A stretch of 64,000 nt of DNA from Saccharofermentanales bacterium (lineage in GTDB: Bacteria > Bacillota > Clostridia > Saccharofermentanales > DTU023), in assembly GCA_041655695.1 (NCBI GenBank), contig JBBAEW010000003.1, positions 7,677 to 71,676 of the forward strand, written 5' to 3'. Of this stretch, positions 1 through 8,796 are shown piece by piece; the first letter of the stretch is position 1, and every line of letters starts with the position of its first letter. The notes under the pieces are model-generated. The model had not been told where the DNA came from and did no database searches. It saw only the letters and a program-made list of their open reading frames with translations. Both the position numbers and the translations under genes were made by a program.

Positions 1-2
1 TT

Positions 3-266
3 GCCGTTTCGGATGAGGCCATCCTGGCGGCCATGTGGGAGATGGGCCAGGCGGAAGGGGTTTTCGGCGAGCCCGCCGGAGTCGCTTCCTACGCCGGCGT
101 CAAGGAGGCTGTCCGTCAGGGTATCATCAAGGCGGATGAGACCGTGACCTCCATCTGTTCGGGCAGCGGCCTCAAGGATGTCGTCAACGCCCTCAAGGCG
201 GCCGGGTCGCCCATCAGCTGCGGGCCGGATCTGGAGGAACTGGAAAAAACAGATCTTTTTGGATAA
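3..266 (+). CDS. thrC: threonine synthase, C-terminal fragment (5' end outside window)
   Basis: The frame is open from the window edge to the stop at 266. The tail ...EGVFGEPAGVASYAG...SICSGSGLKD... fits the conserved C-terminal EG.F.EP...S.AG / G.GLKD pattern of threonine synthase. Confidence 0.7.
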   Translation, partial: AVSDEAILAAMWEMGQAEGVFGEPAGVASYAGVKEAVRQGIIKADETVTSICSGSGLKDVVNALKAAGSPISCGPDLEELEKTDLFG

Positions 267-346
267 CACATGTTATCGACAAAGTATCTGGATGTGAGTA
301 TAAGTAAAGTTATTACAGGAAACCAATTCGATCGAGGAGGGTTGTT

Positions 347-2836
347 ATGAGCCAATATGAAAAACTCGGCGTCTTTTATCTGGGCGCTGAAAACAGAGAT
401 CTGGACGGGGACGGCCGCGCGGACTTCATGCTGCTGGATTCCCGGGATCTGGTCACCCATGCCATGATTGTCGGCATGACAGGGAGCGGCAAGACGGGAC
501 TTGGGATCGGGATGATTGAAGAGGCCGCCATGGACGGCATCCCGGCCATTATCGTGGACCCCAAGGGTGACATGGGCAACCTGCTCCTGTCCTTCCCCGA
601 CCTGCAGCCCTCAGATTTTGAACCCTGGGTTCATCCGGAAGAAGCCGAATCACAGGGGATCAGCGTCAGCCAGCTGGCGGCCCAGAAGGCTGAACTCTGG
701 CGCAAGGGTCTGGAAAGCTCCATGCAGGATGGTGAGCGTATCCGGGCCATGCGGCAGAATTCCGAATTTGCCCTTTACACGCCGGGCGGTCAGTTCGGCC
801 GGCCCCTTTCCCTGGAAGGTATGTTCAAGAGGCCTTCGGCCTCTGCCATGGAAGACCCGGAGCTCTTTCAGGAAGTCGTCTCAACGACGGCCACCAGCCT
901 TCTCCACCTGGTCGGCAAGAAAGATGCCGACCCCGTGTCAAGCCGGGAGCATGTCTTCCTGTCAACCCTGATCCAGAAGATGTGGCAGGACGGTTATGAC
1001 CTGGCCATCCCTTCCCTGATCCATTGGATCGACAAGCCTCCCATGGCCACTATCGGTGTCATGGATGTGGATACCTATCTGCCGGAGAAGGACCGCTTCG
1101 CCCTGGCCCTCCTCTTCAATAACCTGATTGCCTCTCCGGCCTTCAAGGCCTTCATGGACGGCGAACCATTTGATATTCCCTCCCTGCTCTACACACCCCA
1201 GGGCAAGCCCAAGATCTCCATTTTGTCCATCGCCCACCTGGCGGATGCCGAGCGCATGTTCTTTGTGACCCTGCTGCTCAACCGCCTGGTTGCCTGGATG
1301 CGGACTGAACAGGGAACTTCATCCCTGCGGGCCCTCTTTTATATGGACGAGGTCTTCGGCTATTTCCCGCCTATTGCCAACCCGCCGGCCAAGAAACCCC
1401 TTCTGACGCTCTTGAAACAGGCCCGCGCCTATGGCCTTGGCATCGTTCTTGCCACCCAGAACCCCGGCGATATCGATTACAAGGGCCTGTCCAACGTCGG
1501 CACCTGGTTCGTCGGACGCCTGACCACCGAGCGCGACCGGACCCGCCTGCTGGAAGGCATGGCGGATGAATCCATCGAGGGCATCAGCAGGGCGGAACTG
1601 GGTAAGCTCATTGCCGGCCTCCAGCAGAGGCAGTTCCTCATGCGGTCTGTCAGGGGCGGTGAACCCATCCTCTTCCAGACACGCTTTGCCATGTCCTATC
1701 TTGCGGGACCCCTGACCCGGGAGCAGACCAAGTATCTGGTCTCCCAATCAGGCTATGTCCCGGCAAGCCCCGCTCCGGCTGCGCCAGCCGCACCTCCGCC
1801 TGCCCAGAGCTTTGTTGTGCCCGACCTCATGCCCGAGCCCTTCGTTCCCTCAGGGGAGCAGGCGGCAGCACCGGCACCGGTTCCCGTGACTCCTCCCGTG
1901 CCTTCGGGTATGCCCTTCGCACCAGTTAAGGAGGCAGTGGTTGTTCCGCCCGCAGCGGCCGGTATTCCGGTCTCCTTCCTGCCCGGCACCCCGGGTCAGA
2001 CCTATAAGCCGGCATTGGCGGGTTTCCTGACCGTTTACACCAAGGATGAGAAGAAGAACATCTCGCACACGGAGACCGTTTCACGCTTCACCCCCCTGGG
2101 TGACGGAGTTGTGCCGGTCGAATGGGACAAGAAGCTGGATCTGGACCTGACCTTGCAGGATCTGGATTCCGAACCGCCCATCGGCGTGAACTTCACGGGA
2201 CTTCCGCCGGAAGCCAAACTCAAGACCAGCTTCACCGCCTGGCAGCGGGCCCTGGTCGATACGGTCTGGCGTGAATCAGCCGTCGAGATCCGTGAGCACA
2301 AGAAGTTGGGCCTGGTTTCGACGCTGGAAGAAGATGAGCGCGACTTTGTGGCCCGTGTCAAGATGGCTGCCCGTGAAAAGCGCGATGTCGAAATGGATGA
2401 GGTTGAGGCCAAGTACGAGAAGAAGCGCCTGGCTATTGAAGAGAAGATTGCCAAGGCCGAGGAGCGGGTCGACCGGGTCAAGGATCAGGCCAAAGATGCC
2501 AAGGTACAGTCAGCCATCTCCTTCGGGGCTGCCGCCCTGGGCGCGGTCCTGGGCAAGTCCCTGGTCAGCCAGTCAAATGTCTATAAAGGTGCGACAGCGG
2601 CCAAGAGCCTGTCCCGGGCATCTAAATCCTCCAGCAATGTAGGCCGGGCGGAAGAATCCTACGACCGGGTTGAACAGCAGATGGTTCTTCTGGAAGCCGA
2701 TATGAAAAAGGATCTGGAAGCTGTCAGCGAGCGCTATGATCAGGCTGCCGACGAGATCGTCACCACGACCGTCCGTCCCCTGAAGAGCAACGTGGTGGTC
2801 AATGCCATGGTACTGGTCTGGATGCCCCGCAGCTGA
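347..2836 (+). CDS. HerA/YjgR(DUF853)-like P-loop NTPase with proline-rich linker and coiled-coil C-terminal extension
   Basis: Walker A is GMTGSGKTG followed by IIVDPKGD. Walker B is ALFYMDEVFGYF, and the sensor is VLATQNPGDIDYKGL. A Pro/Ala-rich segment spans about nt 1750-1990. The C-terminus is K/E-rich and heptad-like. A GAGGAGGG RBS lies upstream of the ATG. Confidence 0.7.
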   Translation: MSQYEKLGVFYLGAENRDLDGDGRADFMLLDSRDLVTHAMIVGMTGSGKTGLGIGMIEEAAMDGIPAIIVDPKGDMGNLLLSFPDLQPSDFEPWVHPEEAESQGISVSQLAAQKAELWRKGLESSMQDGERIRAMRQNSEFALYTPGGQFGRPLSLEGMFKRPSASAMEDPELFQEVVSTTATSLLHLVGKKDADPVSSREHVFLSTLIQKMWQDGYDLAIPSLIHWIDKPPMATIGVMDVDTYLPEKDRFALALLFNNLIASPAFKAFMDGEPFDIPSLLYTPQGKPKISILSIAHLADAERMFFVTLLLNRLVAWMRTEQGTSSLRALFYMDEVFGYFPPIANPPAKKPLLTLLKQARAYGLGIVLATQNPGDIDYKGLSNVGTWFVGRLTTERDRTRLLEGMADESIEGISRAELGKLIAGLQQRQFLMRSVRGGEPILFQTRFAMSYLAGPLTREQTKYLVSQSGYVPASPAPAAPAAPPPAQSFVVPDLMPEPFVPSGEQAAAPAPVPVTPPVPSGMPFAPVKEAVVVPPAAAGIPVSFLPGTPGQTYKPALAGFLTVYTKDEKKNISHTETVSRFTPLGDGVVPVEWDKKLDLDLTLQDLDSEPPIGVNFTGLPPEAKLKTSFTAWQRALVDTVWRESAVEIREHKKLGLVSTLEEDERDFVARVKMAAREKRDVEMDEVEAKYEKKRLAIEEKIAKAEERVDRVKDQAKDAKVQSAISFGAAALGAVLGKSLVSQSNVYKGATAAKSLSRASKSSSNVGRAEESYDRVEQQMVLLEADMKKDLEAVSERYDQAADEIVTTTVRPLKSNVVVNAMVLVWMPRS

Positions 2837-2847
2837 CCTTAGTGAAC

Positions 2848-3912
2848 TCAGAATGAATGGCTGCGGATGACCGCGGCCAGATCGGCTGTAATCTTTTCTC
2901 CCGGAATGCTGCCGACCGTATCTGCCGCCTGGCCAAGGCGGAGGATGCGGTCGGCTATTTCATCTCCGTGAAAGCGGGTGCCCCGAAGTGAATGAGCCAG
3001 CCCATGGATCAGGTCGCTGTCCAGGGCATCGCTGTAGAAGAGGGCATCAGTAATCCGGCCTTCCTCAACCTTGAGGAGGAGTTCGGCCTGCCCCCAGTCA
3101 AAACGGCCCGTCTCAATCCGGATATCAAAATCGACAGCCCGGCCGTAGCGCCATTGCCAGGAAGCGTAGAGGGCTTCAAGCTCCGCCAGTCTGCCGTCTC
3201 TTTCCACCTGGGAGGCGGCAAGCGCCTGGACGTCCGCTCCGGCTCCGTAGGCAGAGACAAAAGAAGCAATGACGGCCTGGGACAGGGAGGGCACGGTCAG
3301 GTCACTTTTCGCCTCGATCAGGTTGACGACGCGCGAACGAACCGACTGGATGGCGCGGGATTGCAGTTTGGCTCTGGCCACCGTCAGATAGCGCAGCATG
3401 GGCTCCACATCCGTATCCACCATGAGGGTGCCGTGGTGCAGAGCCACGCCCCGCAGATAACGGAAGGCGTTGCCCGAGAATTTGCGGTCTCCCAGAAGCA
3501 GATCGTTGCGGCCGGATCGGACGGCCTCTATGCCCAGGCTCCGCACGGCATCCAGGATGACATCAAAAGAACGGCCCAGATCAAAGCGGGATCGGGGAGA
3601 GATGAAAGAGAAATTCAGGTTTCCCAGGTCGTGGTAGACGGCGCCCCCGCCGGTGCTTCTGCGGGCCAGGAAGCCGCCCTCTTCTTCCAGGAGGCTGGTC
3701 CGGCACTCGGCCCAGGCATTCTGATTGCGTCCGATGACAACCGTGTGCCGGTTTTGCCAGAGATAGAGGATGGCGCTGAAGCGCCGGCCTGGCGCAGGGT
3801 CGCTGTCACTCAGGGACAGATCCATCAGGTATTCCTCCATGGCCAGATTGTCCCAGGGCTGGGTCGAATCGGTCGTCACAACCAGGAGGGGGGGTGTCTG
3901 CTTCTTATTCAT
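2848..3912 (-). CDS. lplA: lipoate--protein ligase A
   Basis: Motifs YLWQNRHTVVIGRNQN...ECR, RRSTGGGAVYHDLGNLNFSFI and FSGNAF..LRG.ALHHGTL are typical of the LplA/BPL_LplA_LipB domain plus its C-terminal accessory domain. Confidence 0.9.
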   Translation of the reverse strand: MNKKQTPPLLVVTTDSTQPWDNLAMEEYLMDLSLSDSDPAPGRRFSAILYLWQNRHTVVIGRNQNAWAECRTSLLEEEGGFLARRSTGGGAVYHDLGNLNFSFISPRSRFDLGRSFDVILDAVRSLGIEAVRSGRNDLLLGDRKFSGNAFRYLRGVALHHGTLMVDTDVEPMLRYLTVARAKLQSRAIQSVRSRVVNLIEAKSDLTVPSLSQAVIASFVSAYGAGADVQALAASQVERDGRLAELEALYASWQWRYGRAVDFDIRIETGRFDWGQAELLLKVEEGRITDALFYSDALDSDLIHGLAHSLRGTRFHGDEIADRILRLGQAADTVGSIPGEKITADLAAVIRSHSF

Positions 3913-3994
3913 GCCTGCCGTTTCCTGTCATCCGTCTTTTTTGCTATTTTAGCCCAAAAGGTAACAGACCAGAAGCGGAGATCCGGAGCGTGGT

Positions 3995-4507
3995 ATGATG
4001 CCTTGTATGGAAATCGATCAATGGATTCAAGGACAGGAGGGCACCGGGCAGGCCCTCAGAACATGGCCTGGCCCCGGAGACCTGCAGGAGCGTTCCTGCG
4101 GAGCCATTGTCTTCTGCCCATATCCGGAGGGAGACCGCGTTCTTCTGGTCCAGCACAAGCCCGGTCACTGGTCTTTCCCCAAGGGCCACGTTGAAGAGGG
4201 GGAAAGTGATCAGGAGACGGCCATCCGGGAGGTCTTTGAAGAGACCGGAATCCGGATTTCCATCCGGTCGGAATTTTCCAGGGCCTCCACCTATGCACCC
4301 CGGCCGGGCGTCTTGAAGACGGTTGTCTTTTTTATAGGTGTTTATGAAGGCGGCCAGCTGACACCCCAGTTAAGTGAGGTTCGTCAGGTAAGCTGGATGG
4401 GGATCGAAGAGGCCAAGCAATTCCTGATCTTCGACAGGGACCTGGCCATCTTTGAAGAAGCCTTGAAGGAAGACCGTCAAGCGGGGAGGTGCCATGAGCA
4501 TGCCTGA
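3995..4507 (+). CDS. NUDIX hydrolase
   Basis: The Nudix box is GHWSFPKGHVEEGESDQETAIREVFEETGI. The true start may be one of the nearby in-frame ATGs (3998 or 4007). Confidence 0.85.
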   Translation: MMPCMEIDQWIQGQEGTGQALRTWPGPGDLQERSCGAIVFCPYPEGDRVLLVQHKPGHWSFPKGHVEEGESDQETAIREVFEETGIRISIRSEFSRASTYAPRPGVLKTVVFFIGVYEGGQLTPQLSEVRQVSWMGIEEAKQFLIFDRDLAIFEEALKEDRQAGRCHEHA

Positions 4508-5339
4508 TCATGAAAAGAAACCGGAAGATTTTGTCGGCAGGGAAACCTATACCATGGAGGATCTGCTGGCCATCATGGCTTATTTGAGGAGCCCCGGGGG
4601 CTGCCCCTGGGATCGGATCCAAACCCACGAGAGTATCCAGGGCAACATGCTGGAGGAAGCCTATGAGGCGGTCGATGCCATCCAAAGCGGAGATGCCGGC
4701 AAGCTGGTCGAGGAGCTGGGTGATGTCCTCATGCAGGTGGTCTTTCACGCGGGCATAGGGGAAGAGGCGGGCAGCTTCACCTTTGATCAGGTTGTGACCG
4801 GCATCTGCCGGAAACTGATCTCACGCCATACCCATCTCTTCGGGGATGATCAGGCGGATACCCCGGATATGGTCCTGCGAACCTGGGAGAAGAACAAGCA
4901 GATCGAGAAAGGCCATGAACGGACTTCCGACGGCATGCAGTCGGTCCCCCGGGGAATGCCGGCCCTCATGCGGTCCTTCAAACTCCAGAAAAAGGCAGCT
5001 CACGCGGGTTTTGACTGGCCGTCACCGGAGGGTGCCAGAGCCAAGCTGACCGAGGAACTGGAGGAGCTTGAGGAGGCGCTGGCCGGAGGGGATCAGAAAA
5101 AAATCCAGTGGGAGGCGGGAGATTTGCTCTTCGCCCTGGTCAATTGGCTGCGCCATCTGGGGATAGATCCCGAGGCCGCCCTGACGGAGTCTTCCGAGCG
5201 TTTCATCCGGCGCTACACGGCCATGGAGGATCTGGCTGACCTCAAGGGACTTTCCTTCCCGGGCCAATCCCTGGCTGACATGGACGCCTTGTGGGATCAG
5301 GCTAAAAAGGATACCGATGGGGAAGGAGGTAAGCCATGA
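4494..5339 (+). CDS. mazG: nucleoside triphosphate pyrophosphohydrolase MazG
   Basis: Tandem MazG domains are present: CPWDRIQTHESI..N.LEEAYEAVDAI and EELGDVLMQVVFHA, then a second repeat EELEELEEAL...EAGDLLFALVN. The gene overlaps the nudix gene by 14 nt. Confidence 0.9.
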   Translation: MSMPDHEKKPEDFVGRETYTMEDLLAIMAYLRSPGGCPWDRIQTHESIQGNMLEEAYEAVDAIQSGDAGKLVEELGDVLMQVVFHAGIGEEAGSFTFDQVVTGICRKLISRHTHLFGDDQADTPDMVLRTWEKNKQIEKGHERTSDGMQSVPRGMPALMRSFKLQKKAAHAGFDWPSPEGARAKLTEELEELEEALAGGDQKKIQWEAGDLLFALVNWLRHLGIDPEAALTESSERFIRRYTAMEDLADLKGLSFPGQSLADMDALWDQAKKDTDGEGGKP

Positions 5340-5581
5340 GACTGGATAAATTCTTAAAAGTATCGCGCATCGTCAAGAGGCGGACGGTAGCCAATGAGAT
5401 GGCGGCCGCCGGCCGTATCGAAATCAACGGCAAGCGGGCCAAGCCCGGAACCGAGGTCAAGGTGGGGGATCTCCTGCAGATCGGCTTCGGTCAAAAACAG
5501 GTCCGCGTACGTGTTCTTCAGATCAGGGAGTCGGTCAGGAAAGAAGAAGCCGAGTCCCTCTACCAGATCATTCAGGAGTAA
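5336..5581 (+). CDS. yabO: S4-domain RNA-binding protein (YabO/Hsp15-like)
   Basis: The sequence MRLDKFLKVSRIVKRRTVANEMAAAGRIEINGKRAKPG is an S4 motif. An ATGA overlap with mazG reproduces the Bacillus yabN-yabO order. Confidence 0.85.
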   Translation: MRLDKFLKVSRIVKRRTVANEMAAAGRIEINGKRAKPGTEVKVGDLLQIGFGQKQVRVRVLQIRESVRKEEAESLYQIIQE

Positions 5582-5711
5582 AAGAGCCTGATTTCAACTG
5601 TTTTGTCATCTAACTGTCATATCTGACCCAGTCTCACTCGTTGCAAAACCGAACAAACTCAAGTACGATTGGTTTACTATCAACAGGACGTCAGGTCGAC
5701 AGGTACACTCA

Positions 5712-6032
5712 ATGCGACAAAGCTATACTGAAAACAGGAAATATGAGCGCAGGCAATCTTCTTTGTCCTTTTTCGCCCGCTTCTTCCTGGGGGTTGTCGC
5801 CGTCATGATCCTGGCCCTCTGTTTTTCATCCTTCATCAGTCAGCAGAGTGAGTTTGAACGCCTGCTGCGCGACAGGCAAAAACTGGAACGCCAGCGCGAC
5901 CAGCTCTATCAGCGCTATGAGACGCTCAAGGGGCTGGACGCCATGGCAGAGTCAGATGCCTATCTGGAACGGATCGCACGCGATTATCTGAGCATGGCCA
6001 GGCCCGGCGAGATCCTGATTATCACAGACTAG
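5712..6032 (+). CDS. divIC: septum formation initiator family protein (DivIC/FtsB-like)
   Basis: It has a short basic N-terminus, one TM helix (FFARFFLGVVAVMILALCF) and a coiled coil, then YLERIARDYL.M.RPGE. Its position after yabO matches Bacillus. Confidence 0.75.
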   Translation: MRQSYTENRKYERRQSSLSFFARFFLGVVAVMILALCFSSFISQQSEFERLLRDRQKLERQRDQLYQRYETLKGLDAMAESDAYLERIARDYLSMARPGEILIITD

Positions 6033-6042
6033 GATTCCGGCG

Positions 6043-6906
6043 GTGCTCTATTTAGGCTGCCACTTGTCCTCATCGGCAGGTTATCTTGCCATGGCAAGGA
6101 CCGCCTCCTCCATCCAGGCAAACACCTTTCAGTTCTTTTCCAGAAACCCCAGAGGCACCAGGGCACGCGCCCTGGATCCGGACGATCTTGCGGCTTTCAA
6201 TGTCTATGCCCAGGAGCAGGGCCTGGGCCGAATCGTGGCCCATGCGCCCTATACACTCAATCTGGCTTCCGCCAAACCCCAGCTTCGCACCCTGTCCCGC
6301 CAAATCCTGCGGGAAGATCTGCTGCGCCTTCGAAGCATTGACCGGGCGGTCTACAATCTTCACCCGGGAAGCCACACAGGTCAGGGGCTGGCGGCGGGGG
6401 CGGCCCTGATTATCGAAGGCTTGAATGAGGTCCTGACAGAAGAGATCCGGACGCCGGTCCTTCTGGAGACCATGTCAGGCAAAGGCAGTGAAATCGGAGG
6501 CTCCTTTGAGGAACTGGCCCGTATCTTGGAGGGCGTCCGTTTGAATGACCGGATGGGTGTCTGTATGGACAGCTGTCATATGCACGATGCCGGCTATGAT
6601 CTGGATGAAGGTCTGGAGAAGCTTCTGGAGAACTTTGACCGCCTGATTGGTCTGGACCGCCTGCAGGCCTTTCATCTCAATGACAGCCTGAACTCCCGGG
6701 GCAGCCGCAGGGACCGCCACGCCCCCATGGGCCAGGGTCACCTGGGTCTTGCGGCCCTCCTGCGCATAATGAAGCACCCCAAACTCAGGCATCTGCCCTT
6801 TATTCTGGAAACACCCCATGACACAGGGGGGCATGCCCAGGAGATCCGCATGCTGCGAAGTCTTCTCGATGACGGGGTTCAGGAACCGATCAGTTCCCTT
6901 ATCTGA
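6043..6906 (+). CDS. nfo: deoxyribonuclease IV (endonuclease IV)
   Basis: Motifs AHAPYTLNLAS, HPGSH, LETMSGKGSEIG, GVCMDSCHMHDAGYD, FHLNDS and ILETP match the Nfo metal-ligand blocks. The start is GTG. Confidence 0.9.
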   Translation: MLYLGCHLSSSAGYLAMARTASSIQANTFQFFSRNPRGTRARALDPDDLAAFNVYAQEQGLGRIVAHAPYTLNLASAKPQLRTLSRQILREDLLRLRSIDRAVYNLHPGSHTGQGLAAGAALIIEGLNEVLTEEIRTPVLLETMSGKGSEIGGSFEELARILEGVRLNDRMGVCMDSCHMHDAGYDLDEGLEKLLENFDRLIGLDRLQAFHLNDSLNSRGSRRDRHAPMGQGHLGLAALLRIMKHPKLRHLPFILETPHDTGGHAQEIRMLRSLLDDGVQEPISSLI

Positions 6907-7163
6907 TCCAGGCCTTCCGAGGCCCTCTCACTGGCGGAAGCGGGGATGTAGTAATCATAGATCTCGCCGGCCGTTCCCAGCTCAAGGGTCAGGGCAGCCC
7001 CCCTTCGCCCCTGTTTCAAATAGGGGATGGCCAGTTCTTCCAGGTAGGATTCAACGTGTCCGCTCCAGAGGGCGGGCGCTGAAATCAGATAGACCGGCTC
7101 TTCCGCCTGCCGGGACTCAGGCGGGGGGGTTTTGGTTTTCACGAAATACCTGGCTAAACACAT
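6879..7163 (-). CDS. small hypothetical protein, DUF2007-like (putative signal-transducing fold)
   Basis: This 94-codon ORF fills an otherwise empty gap. The pattern VYLIS...A..VESYLEELAIPYL..G resembles DUF2007 proteins. An alternative GTG start lies at 7142. The 3' end overlaps nfo by 28 nt. Confidence 0.45.
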   Translation of the reverse strand: MCLARYFVKTKTPPPESRQAEEPVYLISAPALWSGHVESYLEELAIPYLKQGRRGAALTLELGTAGEIYDYYIPASASERASEGLDQIRELIGS

Positions 7164-7234
7164 GGGGTGTCACTTCCTTTCTCTCATTATCCATGGGGGC
7201 CGGCCTGTTCGCAAATGGGTGTCCGCTTTTCTGC

Positions 7235-7240
7235 TAGAAT
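7235..7240 (+). promoter_or_regulatory. putative extended -10 (TGcTAGAAT) for the DUF5058 operon
   Basis: ctgcTAGAAT with TG at 7232-7233. No good -35 is present. The same 9-mer occurs at the rpoB and folD promoters. Confidence 0.4.
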
Positions 7241-7380
7241 CAAGCCGACCCTATGCGGACCGGACGGGGCGCCTGGGCTAAGGCACAAGACCCCTTTCCG
7301 CGGCTCTTGGGTGGACTTGAGTCTATGCCTTTCACTCGGAGGACTGCCCTCTTGCCAGAGTGAAAAACGGGGAGGTGTTT

Positions 7381-8103
7381 ATGTTCCATATCAACCATCC
7401 GGTACTCTACGGTTTGGCGGCACTCGTCATCCTCTATGTACTGGGTCAGTCCATCTTCTTCACGGTCAAGGCCTATCAGCGGGCCCGTGAACTGGGGATG
7501 GAAAAATCCTTGCTCTGGTCGATTATCCGCGGGTCATCAGTTTTCTCCCTGGCACCTGCCCTGGCCATTGTGATCGGCATCATTACCCTGTCGCAGTACC
7601 TGGGCCTGCCCTTGCCCTGGCTGCGGCTGAGCGTGGTCGGCGCGCTGACCTATGAGCTTCCGGCCGCCACATCCGCGGCCTCCGCCCTGGGCATTTCCAT
7701 GACCGACGCCCTGACCGATGCCCGGGCCTATTCAACCATCGCCTGGGTCATGACTCTGGGCAGCTTTTCAGGGATTGTCATCATCACCTTCTTCCTGAAA
7801 AAGATCGAAAAAGGCCTCATGTCCATCAAATCCAAGGATGAGAAGTGGGGGGCCATTTTCATGGATTCGCTCTTCATCGGCATGGTCTCGGCCTTCCTGG
7901 GTATGATCTTCTCAAAAATCCGAAGCGGTCTGGCCGGCTGGATCCCGGTTTTTGTCATGCTTTTTTCCTCGGTCCTCATGCTGGTTTTTGGATTTCTGGT
8001 CAAGAAAAAACAGATCAAGTGGCTTGAGAATTACGCCATGCCCTTCAGCATGCTGGGGGCCATGGCCTTTTCCATCCCCTTGACCTTTTGGATGGGAGGC
8101 TGA
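7381..8103 (+). CDS. DUF5058-like polytopic membrane protein
   Basis: The protein is highly hydrophobic with multiple TM helices. I chose the ATG at 7381 because a GGGGAGG RBS precedes it; the ORF track starts at GTG 7360. Confidence 0.6.
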   Translation: MFHINHPVLYGLAALVILYVLGQSIFFTVKAYQRARELGMEKSLLWSIIRGSSVFSLAPALAIVIGIITLSQYLGLPLPWLRLSVVGALTYELPAATSAASALGISMTDALTDARAYSTIAWVMTLGSFSGIVIITFFLKKIEKGLMSIKSKDEKWGAIFMDSLFIGMVSAFLGMIFSKIRSGLAGWIPVFVMLFSSVLMLVFGFLVKKKQIKWLENYAMPFSMLGAMAFSIPLTFWMGG

Positions 8104-8105
8104 CC

Positions 8106-8759
8106 ATGAGTCACTATGAGCAAAAAATCCACCGCTGGGGACGCATATCGGGCCTTCTGGCCATCCTCATGTTTACCCTTTACCCGCTTCTGCTCAGCAT
8201 CTATTTCAAGGCCTGGCCCTATCTGGGCGCCCTGGGCAAAGGACTTCTGGGCGTGGTACCGGTCTTTTACACCATAGGCATCATCGAGGCTTTTACCTAC
8301 GGGCCCATGCTGGGCGCCGGCGGTTCCTACCTGAGTTTTGTGACGGGCAATATTACCAATCTCAAGGCCCCCTGCGCCATCAACGCCATGAAGGTGGCCA
8401 AGGTTGAGCCGGGCACGGCAGAAGGTGAAGTTATTTCCACGCTGGCCATCGGCATTTCCTCCATCGTGACCACCATCATCCTCTTCCTGGGCATGCTGCT
8501 GCTCAGCAACCTGTCGCCGGTTCTGGAGTCACCCCTTCTGGCCCCGGCCTTTGCCAACATCCTGCCCGCCCTTTTCGGCGGACTGGCGGTTGTCTTTATT
8601 TCGCGCAACTGGAAAATAGCCCTGGGCCCCATGCTCTTCATGCTGGTCCTCTTTTTGGTGCAGCCCGGTCTGGCCGAGGCGGTCAGTCTCCTGGTCCCGG
8701 TCGGGGCCGTGATCGCCCTGGTTCTGTCCCGCATTCTCTATAAGAGGGGCAGACTCTGA
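8106..8759 (+). CDS. polytopic membrane protein, partner of the DUF5058 protein
   Basis: The ATG lies 2 nt after the upstream stop and is preceded by a GGGAGG RBS. About 6 predicted TM helices. No recognisable catalytic motif. Confidence 0.6.
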   Translation: MSHYEQKIHRWGRISGLLAILMFTLYPLLLSIYFKAWPYLGALGKGLLGVVPVFYTIGIIEAFTYGPMLGAGGSYLSFVTGNITNLKAPCAINAMKVAKVEPGTAEGEVISTLAIGISSIVTTIILFLGMLLLSNLSPVLESPLLAPAFANILPALFGGLAVVFISRNWKIALGPMLFMLVLFLVQPGLAEAVSLLVPVGAVIALVLSRILYKRGRL

Positions 8760-8767
8760 TTGGTTAC

Positions 8768-8796
8768 CGGCCGGCCCCTTGGGGCCGGCCGCTTTT
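8768..8796. terminator. GC-rich hairpin between convergent genes (bidirectional terminator candidate)
   Basis: cggccggcccc-tt-ggggccggccg is followed by TTTT on the + strand. Confidence 0.55.

Noticed and set aside
1750-1990. A Pro/Ala-rich repetitive DNA stretch that could be mistaken for a tandem repeat or a separate low-complexity gene.
   Set aside because: It is in frame within the 829-aa ATPase ORF and is not a true tandem repeat. I interpret it as a disordered linker.
7262-7278. CGCCUGGGC in the DUF5058 leader matches the 3' pseudoknot strand of the ZTP (pfl) riboswitch.
   Set aside because: The conserved 5' sub-domain (GGGUCGUGACUGGCG ... GUGG/CCAC helix) is not present upstream. The likely promoter leaves no room for it. 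The downstream genes are not purine or folate genes. A 9-mer match in GC-rich DNA is weak evidence.
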